From a bacterium (GTDB taxonomy: Bacteria > CAIWAD01), in the NCBI GenBank assembly GCA_030429345.1, contig JAUIFJ010000014.1:35989-99988 (forward strand): DNA of 64,000 nt, written 5' to 3'. The translations under genes were made by a program, and so were the position numbers. Position 1 is the first letter of the stretch; every line of letters starts with the position of its first letter. This document shows positions 17,825-26,265 of the stretch, one piece after another. The notes beneath the pieces were generated by a model. The model saw only the letters and a program-made list of their open reading frames with translations. It did no database searches and was not told the DNA's origin.

Positions 17825-19726
17825 CTAGCGCAGGAGCGTGACGCGCCGGCTGACCTGTTCGCCGCCGGCCAGGGCCTGCAGCATGTAGACGCCGCTGGCC
17901 AGTTCCGCCTCCCCGTCCTGCAGCAGCAGTTCATGCCTTCCCGCCGGCAAGGGACCCTCATGGAGCACACGCGCCAGCTGTCCCTGCAGGTTGAAGAGGC
18001 GCACACTGACCGGTCCCGCCGCCGGCAACTGCAGCCGGAACACGAGACGGCTGTTGAAGGGGTTCGGCCGCAGGGCCTCCAGGCGCAGCCCGGAAGGGTG
18101 CCATTCCTTTTCGCCGATGGAGGTCCGCTGCCACTCGGCGCGCCTCATCTCGACGGGATCGTTGCCCTGTGCGTCATAGTAGTCCAGGAAGGCCTGGATG
18201 CTCTCCGCCTCGAAACCCTCCAGGTGCGAGACCAGTGCCGGCGTCAGGCTCCGGTAGAGCAGGCGCGCTTCCACCCGTTGTGTCACGCCGGGCAGCTGTA
18301 CGTGCAGGCGATCCCTGCCGCCGCCCTCGGCGCCGAACTCGTCGCGGTTGAAATCCGGATCCTGCAGGGCCTGGCCGAAGATGGCCGTGTGCTCGTAGTC
18401 CGCATGACTTGCCAGGAAGCCCGCGGGTGGAATGCGGTTGTCTTTCAGGTAGACCGCGCCGCTGTGCAGGCTCTGTGTCACCTGCCCCTGGGCATCCCCC
18501 ATGATCGCCTCGTAGACGGCGACATCCCCCTCCTCGAGAAGCCAGTCGTGGTGAGGCTCGTAGCCCTCGTCCAGCCCGACAATCTGCCCCTGCGCATCCA
18601 GCGCTCCGGACTCGAAGACCAGCTCGCCGCCTTCGCCCCAGGCGCGAAGGTGCAGCCAGATGCGCCGCATCGGAATGCCGGTCGGCACCTTGTGTCCGCA
18701 GGCGTTGAACAGGTCCAGGTGCAGGTGCAGGAAATCGCCCGCCTCTTCCAGCTCGCCTTCCAGGCTGATCGCGCTGTGCAGCATCTCGCGGGTCCACTGG
18801 ATGGTGCGGTCGAAGTCCTCGTCCGTGGCATAGGAGCCGATGCTCTCGCGGTGATCGCGCAGCAGTTCCAGCATCCACGCGTTGCCGCCGACGAACTGGT
18901 GGATCCAGAAGGGCTCCCGGGGGTTCCAGTAGTTGAGCGGCATGCGCGAGATGTCGTGCGGCATCAGCGAGGTCGGCATGTGGCAGTCCTGGCACTGCGT
19001 GTCCGTGCCGGGATACTCGCTGTTTCTCCACTCCAGGTAGGGGGTCTGCTCCGGGAAGCGGGCGATCACGGCGCCGGTCTCGTCGTAGGTGTCGGTGAAC
19101 AGCGTGTGACAGGTCGCGCAGAGCGCGCTGTCGTCCACGTGGGGCGAATGCACGGGCATGAAGCCCACATCCTGCTGCATCACGCGGGCCAGGGGGTTGG
19201 GGTAGGGACCGTAGACCAGGTGTTCGTCGTTGATCAGGAAGCCGCCGTTGAAGCTCTCGTCCTGGCCCAAGTTGTCCGGAAGGATCTGGTGACACACCGT
19301 GCAGCTGACGCCGTCGGTGCCCACCCAGTGCTCATCGAGCATCTCCATGCGCACGTAGCCCGTCGTATCCGCGTGGAACTCCTCGTGCAGCATGGGCGCG
19401 TGACACCGAATGCAGCTGTCCTCGATCTCCTCGAGCCGGGTCGGATGGGCCAGGCCCTCGGCGGCCACCATGGCACGCCACAACGGGTCCATCGACGAAT
19501 GGGCCATCAGCGAGGACTGCCAGGTGCTGCCCGGGGAGATCTCCTGGCCGTCCTGGATCATGTGGTTCCCGTGCAGTGTGTTCTGCTGCGTCTGGTGGCA
19601 GAAGGCGCACATGCCGCTTCCCGCGAAGCTCTCCGTGACGCCGAAAGGAAGGGTGAACTGGGCGAGTGCCAGTGCGGGAGCGATCAGCTGAAGAACAAGC
19701 AGCGCCGCAGAGAACCGCGCGTTCAT
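17825..19726 (-). CDS. Pentaheme c-type cytochrome with a T9SS C-terminal sorting domain
   Basis: It starts at the internal ATG at 19726 (MNARFSAALLVLQLIAPALALA signal peptide); the 5' part of the 1010-aa ORF-track frame reads across panD and was rejected. There are five CxxCH motifs (CAFCH, CIRCH, CTVCH, CATCH, CQDCH) in the first ~260 aa. The C-terminus, PNPFNSRLVFRLQLPAAGPVSVRLFNLQGQLARVLHEG...GVYMLQALAGGEQVSRRVTLLR, is a T9SS CTD. Confidence 0.75.
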   Translation of the reverse strand: MNARFSAALLVLQLIAPALALAQFTLPFGVTESFAGSGMCAFCHQTQQNTLHGNHMIQDGQEISPGSTWQSSLMAHSSMDPLWRAMVAAEGLAHPTRLEEIEDSCIRCHAPMLHEEFHADTTGYVRMEMLDEHWVGTDGVSCTVCHQILPDNLGQDESFNGGFLINDEHLVYGPYPNPLARVMQQDVGFMPVHSPHVDDSALCATCHTLFTDTYDETGAVIARFPEQTPYLEWRNSEYPGTDTQCQDCHMPTSLMPHDISRMPLNYWNPREPFWIHQFVGGNAWMLELLRDHRESIGSYATDEDFDRTIQWTREMLHSAISLEGELEEAGDFLHLHLDLFNACGHKVPTGIPMRRIWLHLRAWGEGGELVFESGALDAQGQIVGLDEGYEPHHDWLLEEGDVAVYEAIMGDAQGQVTQSLHSGAVYLKDNRIPPAGFLASHADYEHTAIFGQALQDPDFNRDEFGAEGGGRDRLHVQLPGVTQRVEARLLYRSLTPALVSHLEGFEAESIQAFLDYYDAQGNDPVEMRRAEWQRTSIGEKEWHPSGLRLEALRPNPFNSRLVFRLQLPAAGPVSVRLFNLQGQLARVLHEGPLPAGRHELLLQDGEAELASGVYMLQALAGGEQVSRRVTLLR

Positions 19727-20088
19727 GCACCGAGCTCGGCGAAGCATTCTTTCTCGCTGACGGATTCGTTGCGGCTGTTGAGGAAGAGGAGAGTGGGCTC
19801 GATCTCGCCCTGGGTCTGCACGTACTGGACCAGCACGATGCGATCGCCGACTTCGCAGAGCCGGGCCGAGGGACCCTTGACCTGGACCTCGCCGGGTCCG
19901 CCGTAGAGCACATAAGTCGTGTAGCGGGCGCCGCTGTTGAAATTGTAGATCTCGACCACATCGTACTGGCGCAGGCCGGCCTGATCGCAGAGTTCGCGCG
20001 GCAGGACGATCGAGCCCGAATAATAGAGCTCTTTCTGGGTGACGCTGAGACCGTGAAGCTTGGTCTTCAGTACTTGGCGGCTTTCCAT
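19723..20088 (-). CDS. panD: Aspartate 1-decarboxylase
   Basis: Internal ATG at 20088 of ORF 19723..20181. The 121 aa match PanD end to end: KTKLHGLSVT, the YSGSIVL self-cleavage-region context, NGARYTTYV and GDRIVLVQY. Its stop overlaps the cytochrome gene start (ATGA). Confidence 0.85.
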   Translation of the reverse strand: MESRQVLKTKLHGLSVTQKELYYSGSIVLPRELCDQAGLRQYDVVEIYNFNSGARYTTYVLYGGPGEVQVKGPSARLCEVGDRIVLVQYVQTQGEIEPTLLFLNSRNESVSEKECFAELGA

Positions 20089-20305
20089 GCGGCGAATCCT
20101 GGTTGATCTCGAGTGAACCCGTCTTATTAGCAAATTCCTTTCGCAGCTCAAACACGCCGTTTTTGTTTGCCTTCCGCACAAAGTCCCGCTCTGTCAAAGC
20201 CCGAGTTGGTTCCCCCCTTGTCATTTCACTAACATTTGCGCCGTTTGCCGCATGCGCGGCGGACCTACGAGTCTGAATCAGCAGAAAACATAGACGAGGA
20301 GAACC

Positions 20306-21115
20306 ATGAAGCGTATCCTGATGACCGTTCTTGCACTGACCTGCCTGAGTCTGGGCACCAACGCCGAGGACAAGGCCTGGAGCAATACCGCCGACCTGAG
20401 CATGACCATGACCAGCGGCAACTCTGAAACCGAGAATCTTTCCCTGAGCAACAAGTACAAGCGCAAGTGGGATAAGATCGAATTGAGCTTTCTGGCCAAA
20501 GCTGTTCGGGCGGAGGCGACGAAAACCGTCTATGCGAATGTCAATGGCTCCTTGATGGAGACCAGCTCTACGGAGCCCACCGCGGAAAGCTACCAGTTGG
20601 GGCTGAAGACGAAGGGCAAGCTGATCGGCGATTTCCAGTGGTACCTGAATACGGGCTGGTTCCAGGACGAGCTGGCCGGTATCGATACGCGAATCAATAT
20701 CGGTGGCGGTTTCGGATACACGCTCATCGACAATGACAGCCACAAACTGGCTTCCGAGTTCGGTTTCGAATTCACGGATGAGACTCCGGTGATCGGCGAG
20801 AGCGACTCCTTCGGCAGCCTGCGAGGCTTCCTGGATTATGAGCGGCCGCTCAGCCAATCCGCGAAGTTCACGGCGGATGCGGAGATTCTGTCCAACATGG
20901 ACAACAGCGACGACTTGAGGTCCAACCTGAATTTCGGGCTGACCTCGAACATCAATACGATGCTGGCTCTCAAGCTGGGCTACAGCATCAAGTATGATGG
21001 CGATCCGATCAAGGAAGAGCTCAGCGACGCGAACAACGCCGCCGCGCCGGTTGTGATCCGCGAATACGACAAGACGGACACGGTTCTTTCCATGTCCCTC
21101 GTCCTGAACATGTAA
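20306..21115 (+). CDS. DUF481 (YdiY-like) outer-membrane beta-barrel protein
   Basis: 269 aa with a signal peptide (MKRILMTVLALTCLSLGTNA) and an alternating amphipathic beta-strand pattern. It has the C-terminal aromatic residue typical of outer-membrane barrels. The family call rests on overall composition and length. Confidence 0.5.
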   Translation: MKRILMTVLALTCLSLGTNAEDKAWSNTADLSMTMTSGNSETENLSLSNKYKRKWDKIELSFLAKAVRAEATKTVYANVNGSLMETSSTEPTAESYQLGLKTKGKLIGDFQWYLNTGWFQDELAGIDTRINIGGGFGYTLIDNDSHKLASEFGFEFTDETPVIGESDSFGSLRGFLDYERPLSQSAKFTADAEILSNMDNSDDLRSNLNFGLTSNINTMLALKLGYSIKYDGDPIKEELSDANNAAAPVVIREYDKTDTVLSMSLVLNM

Positions 21116-21163
21116 TTACGCTCTCCGCTCCGGCGGAAGCAGCACAGCATCGATGAGGAAGAA

Positions 21164-21988
21164 ATGACAGAGAAAATCAACGAACTGATCCCCCTGCTGA
21201 CCGAGTACGGCATTCGCGTGCTCGGCGTGATCCTGCTGCTGATCGTGGCCAAGATGGTCGCCGGCTGGACGAAGAACGTCGCCTACAAGTCCTTCAGCAA
21301 GGGCAACCTGGACGAGACCCTGTCCATGTTCCTGGCGAAAATGCTGGGCAACCTTGTGCTGCTCGTCGCTGTGCTGGCCGTGCTTGGCATCTTCGGCATT
21401 CAGACCACCAGCTTCGCCGCCGTGATCGCCGCTGCCGGTCTTGCCGTCGGTCTGGCCTTCCAGGGGACTCTGGGCAATTTCGCCGCCGGCATCATGCTGC
21501 TGGTCTTCCGTCCCTTCAAGGTCGGCGATGTGGTCAGTGTCTCGGGCACGACGGGCAAGGTCGTCGAGATCGGTCTCTTCGTGACCAGCTTCGATACGCC
21601 CGACAATCGCCGCATCATCATGGGCAACGGCAGCATCGCCGGCAGCACCATCGAGAACATCACCTTCCACGACACGCGCCGTGTCGATGTGGCCGTCGGA
21701 GTGGAGTACGGCGCGGACCTGAAGCAGGTGCGCGAGGTGCTCGAGACACTGGTCAAGGACGTGGCCGAGAGCAAGGGCCTGACGGATCCCGCTCCCGTGG
21801 TCTATCACACGGAGCTGGCGGACAGCTCGGTCAACTACGCCCTGCGCGTCTGGGCCAAAACGCCCGATTACTGGGCCGTGCGCGAAATGCTGACCACCGA
21901 AGTCAAGCTGCGCCTCGACGCCGCCGGCATCGGCATTCCCTTCCCGCAGCTCGACCTGCACGTGGTGGAGAATGTCAGCGCTTCCTAG
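21164..21988 (+). CDS. Small-conductance mechanosensitive channel (MscS family)
   Basis: 274 aa with three N-terminal TM helices followed by the MscS beta-domain signature FKVGDVVSVSGTTGKVVEIGLFVTSFDTPDNRRIIMGNGSIAGSTIENIT. Confidence 0.85.
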   Translation: MTEKINELIPLLTEYGIRVLGVILLLIVAKMVAGWTKNVAYKSFSKGNLDETLSMFLAKMLGNLVLLVAVLAVLGIFGIQTTSFAAVIAAAGLAVGLAFQGTLGNFAAGIMLLVFRPFKVGDVVSVSGTTGKVVEIGLFVTSFDTPDNRRIIMGNGSIAGSTIENITFHDTRRVDVAVGVEYGADLKQVREVLETLVKDVAESKGLTDPAPVVYHTELADSSVNYALRVWAKTPDYWAVREMLTTEVKLRLDAAGIGIPFPQLDLHVVENVSAS

Positions 21989-22321
21989 CGCCTGGACAGA
22001 TCGCCTGTATCGGGCCGGTATCCGAAAGGGTACCGGCCTTTCTCTTTTCATACATTCGAGGGCGTCGTTTCCCGGAGGACCGATCACGGCGCTCCGCCGC
22101 AAGCCGAATCGAGGCCGACTCTGACACACGCCGAACTGCTCGACACGCTCGCAGAAGTAAAGTTCTTCCCCCGGGGGGCGGAGCTGGAGCCCCTGTCGCC
22201 GGGCGGAGGAAGCCGGCGCTACTACCGCCTGCGGGGATCCGGCGAAGCGCGCCTGCTTTGCCTGCAGCCCAGCCCGCAGCATGCCGGCGGCCCGCTGGAC
22301 GAGAACCGCAGCTTCCTCTAC

Positions 22322-23170
22322 ATGGCCCGCCTGCTCGAAGAGCGCCTTGACTGTGCTCCGCGCGTCTACGCCCACCGCTTCTTCGGCAAGACCGGCGGCC
22401 CCGGAGCCTTCCTGCTGGAGGACCTGGGGAGTACCGACCTGCGAGCGCTTGTGCGACAGACGCCCCACGAGGACGGCCTGCTCGACCTGGGGCGGCAGGC
22501 GGTCGAGCTGCTGCTGCGCCTGCAGCAGGAACTGGCCCCGCCCGTCTTCGACGCGGCGCGCTGCCATTCCCGTGCCTGGGATGCCGGCCTGCTGCTCGAG
22601 GAGGAATCCGGTCCCTGGCGCGAAGCGCTGCTCAAGGATCGCCTGGCCCTGGACCTGGATCACGAGACCCTGCGCAGGGAGTGCGAGGACCTGGCTCGCC
22701 GCAGCGATCGCCTGCCCCGGAAGCATTTCATCCACCGCGATTTCCAGTCCAGCAATCTCATGCATCGGGACGGGCGATTCTGCCTGATCGACTTCCAGGG
22801 CGCAAGGCTCGGCCCCTTGTGCTACGATCTCTGCAGCCTGGTCTACGATCCCTACACGGCCCTGCCGCCGGAGGTGCGGCTGGGCATGATCGAGGAATAC
22901 CAGGAACTTGGCGCCGCCTTCCACGGTCTGAGCCTGGAGGAACTGCAGGCCCAGTGCGCCCTTGTGGGCAGCCAGCGGCTGATGCAGGCCCAGGCGGCCT
23001 ACCTGCGCATTCATGCCGCGCAGGGCGATCCCGCCTGGCTGTCCTACCTGCGCCCGGCCGCGTCGGCCCTGCGCCAGCTCTGCGAGCACGAAGTCATGCA
23101 GGACTATCCCGTGCTGGGCGAGGCGGCCTGGCAGGCCTGGGATCATCTGAACCGCGGGGTGGGCCTGTGA
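22322..23170 (+). CDS. Aminoglycoside-phosphotransferase-fold kinase, AmgK-like (anomeric MurNAc/GlcNAc kinase); the N-terminus probably extends upstream, so the listed start is likely truncated
   Basis: Brenner motif HRDFQSSNLMH and IDFQGARLGPLCYDLCSLVYD, as in AmgK. The same frame is open back to 21989 and encodes ...LEPLSPGGGSRRYYRLRGSGEARLLCLQP, an APH-family nucleotide-binding loop, with no ATG/GTG/TTG in frame. This points to a non-canonical start or an indel near 22100-22320. Confidence 0.65.
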   Translation: MARLLEERLDCAPRVYAHRFFGKTGGPGAFLLEDLGSTDLRALVRQTPHEDGLLDLGRQAVELLLRLQQELAPPVFDAARCHSRAWDAGLLLEEESGPWREALLKDRLALDLDHETLRRECEDLARRSDRLPRKHFIHRDFQSSNLMHRDGRFCLIDFQGARLGPLCYDLCSLVYDPYTALPPEVRLGMIEEYQELGAAFHGLSLEELQAQCALVGSQRLMQAQAAYLRIHAAQGDPAWLSYLRPAASALRQLCEHEVMQDYPVLGEAAWQAWDHLNRGVGL

Positions 23171-25155
23171 AGGTCTGTCTGACAGGCGGCGGCACCGCGG
23201 GCCATGTATACCCCGGCCTGGCCGTGGCGCGCGAGCTGGCGAAGGACCCGGACTGCCGCCTGCTCTACATTGGCACACGCGGCCGCAGCGAAGAGCTGAT
23301 CCTGGCCCGCGAGGAGGAGGTCAGCGGCAAGGGCCGGATCCCGATCCGTTTCGCCGCCAGTCGCGGCTTCCCGGGGCTTTCGCCCCTGCCCTTGCTGGCT
23401 TTCGCCTGCGTGCTCGGACTCGGTGTGATCCAGGCGGCGCTGCACCTGCTGCGCTTCCGGCCCGACCTGCTGATCGCCTGCGGCGGCTATGCGAGCGCCC
23501 CCGCCGTCTTCGCCGCCTGGGGCCTGCGGCGCATCGGACTTTTGCGGACGCGCATCCTGCTGCACGAGCAGAATGCGCTGCCCGGCCTGATGAACCGCGT
23601 CTCCGCCCGCCTGGCGGATGTCTGCGCGCTGACCTTCGCCGAGAGCGCGCGCGGCCTGCGCACACGCCGCTGCTGTCACACGGGCTACCCCGTCCGCCCG
23701 GACCTGGACCGCCTGCCGGATGCCGCGGACTCGCGCAAGGCCTTCGGCCTGCCGGCAGAGGGGCCGCTGCTGCTGGTCTTCGGCGGATCCCAGGGCGCGC
23801 GCAGTCTCAACCGCGCGCTCTACGCCCTGCTGCCCGAGCTGCTGAACAGGGGCGTTTCCGTGCTGCACGCCTACGGCAGCGCCTCCGGGAAGGAGTATCA
23901 CGCGGGCAGGGAGCACGAGGTGGCGCTGGCGGGGCTTCGGCAGAAGCTGCCGGAGGAGGCGCTGGCGATGTATCACGCCGAGCCCTTCTTTTTCGATATG
24001 CCCGCGGCCTATGCCGCCGCCGACCTCTGCCTGGCCCGCGCCGGCGCGGGGACGATCTTCGAGCTGCTGAGCGCGGGCAAGCCGGCCGTGCTGGTGCCCA
24101 AGATGGGCCTTCCCGGCGACCACCAGGTCTGCAACGCGCGCATCGTCGAGGAGCACGGCGCGGCTGCGATCGTTCTCGAGGAGCCCTTGCCCTCCGCGGA
24201 AGGCCTGCGGGCCAGCCTGTCCCCGGATCGCCTGCGCGAGGCCCTGCTGCCCCTGCTCGAATCCGCGGGTCGCCGACAGGGACTGCAGGAAGAGGCCGAC
24301 AGCCTGAGGCGAGCCGGCGCCCTGCAGCGCCTGGTGTCCCTGTCACACGATCTGGCGGCCCGGCGGGAACCGAATTGCGATGAGCCGCGTGTTGCAATGG
24401 AGAATGGTCCCACCCTGGAGCACATGACCTGCCAGGCCCTGCTGGCCCGGGTGGAGAAGGGCGAGACCTTCAGCGGGGCCGACCGGCGCTACCTGGCCTA
24501 CCGCTGCGGAGCGGCTTTGGTTGCCGGGCACTGGCTGACGCGGAACTGCGGGGTCAAGCTGGCCGGCGCCCTGGGCGATCCCGCCTTCGCGCCGCTGGTC
24601 TGCAGCCTCCTGCGCCAGGCGCCCAGGCCGGGACGGCTGCGCCGGCTCTTCGGCGAGAAGGAGGGGCCGCAGGGCTTCGTGAGACGGAACGCGGCGCAGA
24701 GCCTCAAGAGAATGGGAGCGCGGGACGCTGAAAGCCTGGCCCTGCTGCGCGAGCTGCTGCGTGATTCCTACTGGGAGGCGCGTGTCGCCGCCCTGCAGGC
24801 CCTGACGGAATTGTTGCCAGCAGGCACGGAGCTGAAGGAAGAGGAGCTGCGCCTCCTGCGCCGCGAGGCCAACTTCGAGGAGCGTGTCGCCCTGCTCGAG
24901 TATTACGGGAAGCATGGAGACCCCGCGCGCTGGCGCGAGTCGCTGCTGCCGGGACTGGAAGATGTCAACAGCCGCGTGCGCGAGGCGGCGATCAGCGTGC
25001 TGGCGGGCATGATCGATTCCGGCCGCCTGGCGGTCTGCGAGGAGATCCGCGCCCTGCAGCGGACGATCATGCTGACCTCGACCCGCTTCCACCCGGTCTT
25101 TCCGCTCAAGCAGCGCATGCGTGAACTGTCCAGCCGTCTACGGGAGGATGCCTGA
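23167..25155 (+). CDS. murG: UDP-N-acetylglucosamine--N-acetylmuramyl-(pentapeptide)-pyrophosphoryl-undecaprenol GlcNAc transferase (MurG) fused to a ~300-aa C-terminal HEAT/PBS-lyase-like repeat domain
   Basis: GTG start at 23167 overlapping the kinase stop (GTGA). MurG motifs are GGGTAGHVYPGLAVAREL, LLHEQNALPGL, LLLVFGGSQGARSLN and ARAGAGTIFELLSAGKPAVLVP. It then continues in frame for ~300 aa with repeats such as ARVAALQAL, VRRNAAQSLKRMG and VREAAISVLAG, with no stop until 25155. Confidence 0.8.
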   Translation: MKVCLTGGGTAGHVYPGLAVARELAKDPDCRLLYIGTRGRSEELILAREEEVSGKGRIPIRFAASRGFPGLSPLPLLAFACVLGLGVIQAALHLLRFRPDLLIACGGYASAPAVFAAWGLRRIGLLRTRILLHEQNALPGLMNRVSARLADVCALTFAESARGLRTRRCCHTGYPVRPDLDRLPDAADSRKAFGLPAEGPLLLVFGGSQGARSLNRALYALLPELLNRGVSVLHAYGSASGKEYHAGREHEVALAGLRQKLPEEALAMYHAEPFFFDMPAAYAAADLCLARAGAGTIFELLSAGKPAVLVPKMGLPGDHQVCNARIVEEHGAAAIVLEEPLPSAEGLRASLSPDRLREALLPLLESAGRRQGLQEEADSLRRAGALQRLVSLSHDLAARREPNCDEPRVAMENGPTLEHMTCQALLARVEKGETFSGADRRYLAYRCGAALVAGHWLTRNCGVKLAGALGDPAFAPLVCSLLRQAPRPGRLRRLFGEKEGPQGFVRRNAAQSLKRMGARDAESLALLRELLRDSYWEARVAALQALTELLPAGTELKEEELRLLRREANFEERVALLEYYGKHGDPARWRESLLPGLEDVNSRVREAAISVLAGMIDSGRLAVCEEIRALQRTIMLTSTRFHPVFPLKQRMRELSSRLREDA

Positions 25156-26261
25156 TGCTGAAACTGCTCGCCGGCTGGCTGCGGCAGGAACTGGAAGGCC
25201 CGGGCTGGCTGCGCCTTTTCGACTACCTGTCCGTGCGCACCATGATGGCCGCGCTGACCACCTTCCTGCTCAGCCTGCTCCTGGGACGACTTGTGATCCG
25301 CTGGCTGCACCGGAAGGGCTTTCGTGATACGGTGGATGACTACGGCGTGATCGACGTGGGCAACAAGCGCGGCACCCCGACCATGGGCGGCCTGATCATC
25401 CTGGGCGCTTCCGTCATCGGCTACCTGCTCTGGTTCCAGGCGGACAGCCCCTACGCCTGGGCCGGCCTCTCGGCCCTGCTCTGGTTCGGCCTGCTGGGCT
25501 TCATCGACGATTTCCGCAAGGTGCGCGGAGGCAGCGGGCAGGCCGGCCTCAGCCAGGGGACCAAGCTCCTTTTGCAGACTCTTTTCGCCACGGCCTTCGC
25601 CGTCTGGGTGCTGAGCGCCGCCTCGCCGCTTCCCGAGCCGGTACAGACCCAGTTGTTCCTGCCCTTCCTCAAGGAGCCGGTGGCGGACCTGGGCTGGTTC
25701 TACGGGGTCTTCATCGTCTTCGTGATCCTTGCCGTCTCCAACAGCGTCAACTTCGCCGACGGCATGGATGGCCTGGCGACGGTGCCGGCGGCGGTCGTGC
25801 TCATGGTCTACGCGGTGCTGGCCTATGTGATCGGCAACGAGATCTACAGCGGCTATCTGAACTTCGACTATGTGGCCGGCACCGGCGAGTTCGCCGTGCT
25901 CTGCGGAGCGGTGATCGGCGCCTGCCTGGGCTTTCTGTGGTACAATTTCTTCCCGGCCCAGGTCTTCATGGGCGACACGGGCAGCATGGCGCTCGGCGGG
26001 CTGCTCGCCGTGCTGGCGGTGATGCTGAAGCAGGAATTCCTCTTCGTGATCGCCGGCGGGGTCTTCGTGGTCGAGGGCGCCAGCGTGCTGATCCAGGAGA
26101 AGATCGGCATCCGGCTGCTGGGCCGCAGGATCTTCTTCCGCGCGCCGATCCATCACAGTTTCCAGCACCGCGGAGTGGCGGAAACAAAGGTCGTGATCCG
26201 TTTCTGGATCGTGGCCATGCTGCTGGGCTTCATCGCGCTCCTGTCGCTCAAGTTCCGCTAG
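25155..26261 (+). CDS. mraY: Phospho-N-acetylmuramoyl-pentapeptide transferase
   Basis: 368 aa and 10 TM helices. MraY signatures are IDDFRKVRGGSGQAGLS, NSVNFADGMDGLA and FMGDTGSMALGGLLA. Its start overlaps the murG stop by 1 nt (TGATG). Confidence 0.9.
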   Translation: MLKLLAGWLRQELEGPGWLRLFDYLSVRTMMAALTTFLLSLLLGRLVIRWLHRKGFRDTVDDYGVIDVGNKRGTPTMGGLIILGASVIGYLLWFQADSPYAWAGLSALLWFGLLGFIDDFRKVRGGSGQAGLSQGTKLLLQTLFATAFAVWVLSAASPLPEPVQTQLFLPFLKEPVADLGWFYGVFIVFVILAVSNSVNFADGMDGLATVPAAVVLMVYAVLAYVIGNEIYSGYLNFDYVAGTGEFAVLCGAVIGACLGFLWYNFFPAQVFMGDTGSMALGGLLAVLAVMLKQEFLFVIAGGVFVVEGASVLIQEKIGIRLLGRRIFFRAPIHHSFQHRGVAETKVVIRFWIVAMLLGFIALLSLKFR

Positions 26262-26265
26262 CCGC

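Noticed and set aside
17567-19906. 779-aa plus-strand ORF
   Set aside because: It is antisense to the multiheme cytochrome gene, with no motifs and an Arg/Ala-rich product.
17825-20857. 1010-aa version of the cytochrome ORF (TTG at 20857)
   Set aside because: The first 377 codons read across the panD gene in another frame. The real start is the ATG at 19726, preceded immediately by the panD stop and followed by a signal peptide.
22681-23166. 5' extension of the murG frame (ORF track start 22681)
   Set aside because: It overlaps the kinase gene in another frame. The MurG homology begins exactly at the GTG at 23167 (VKVCLTGGGTAGH...).
21116-23278. 720-aa minus-strand ORF across the MscS and kinase genes
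   Set aside because: It is antisense to two genes with clear family signatures.
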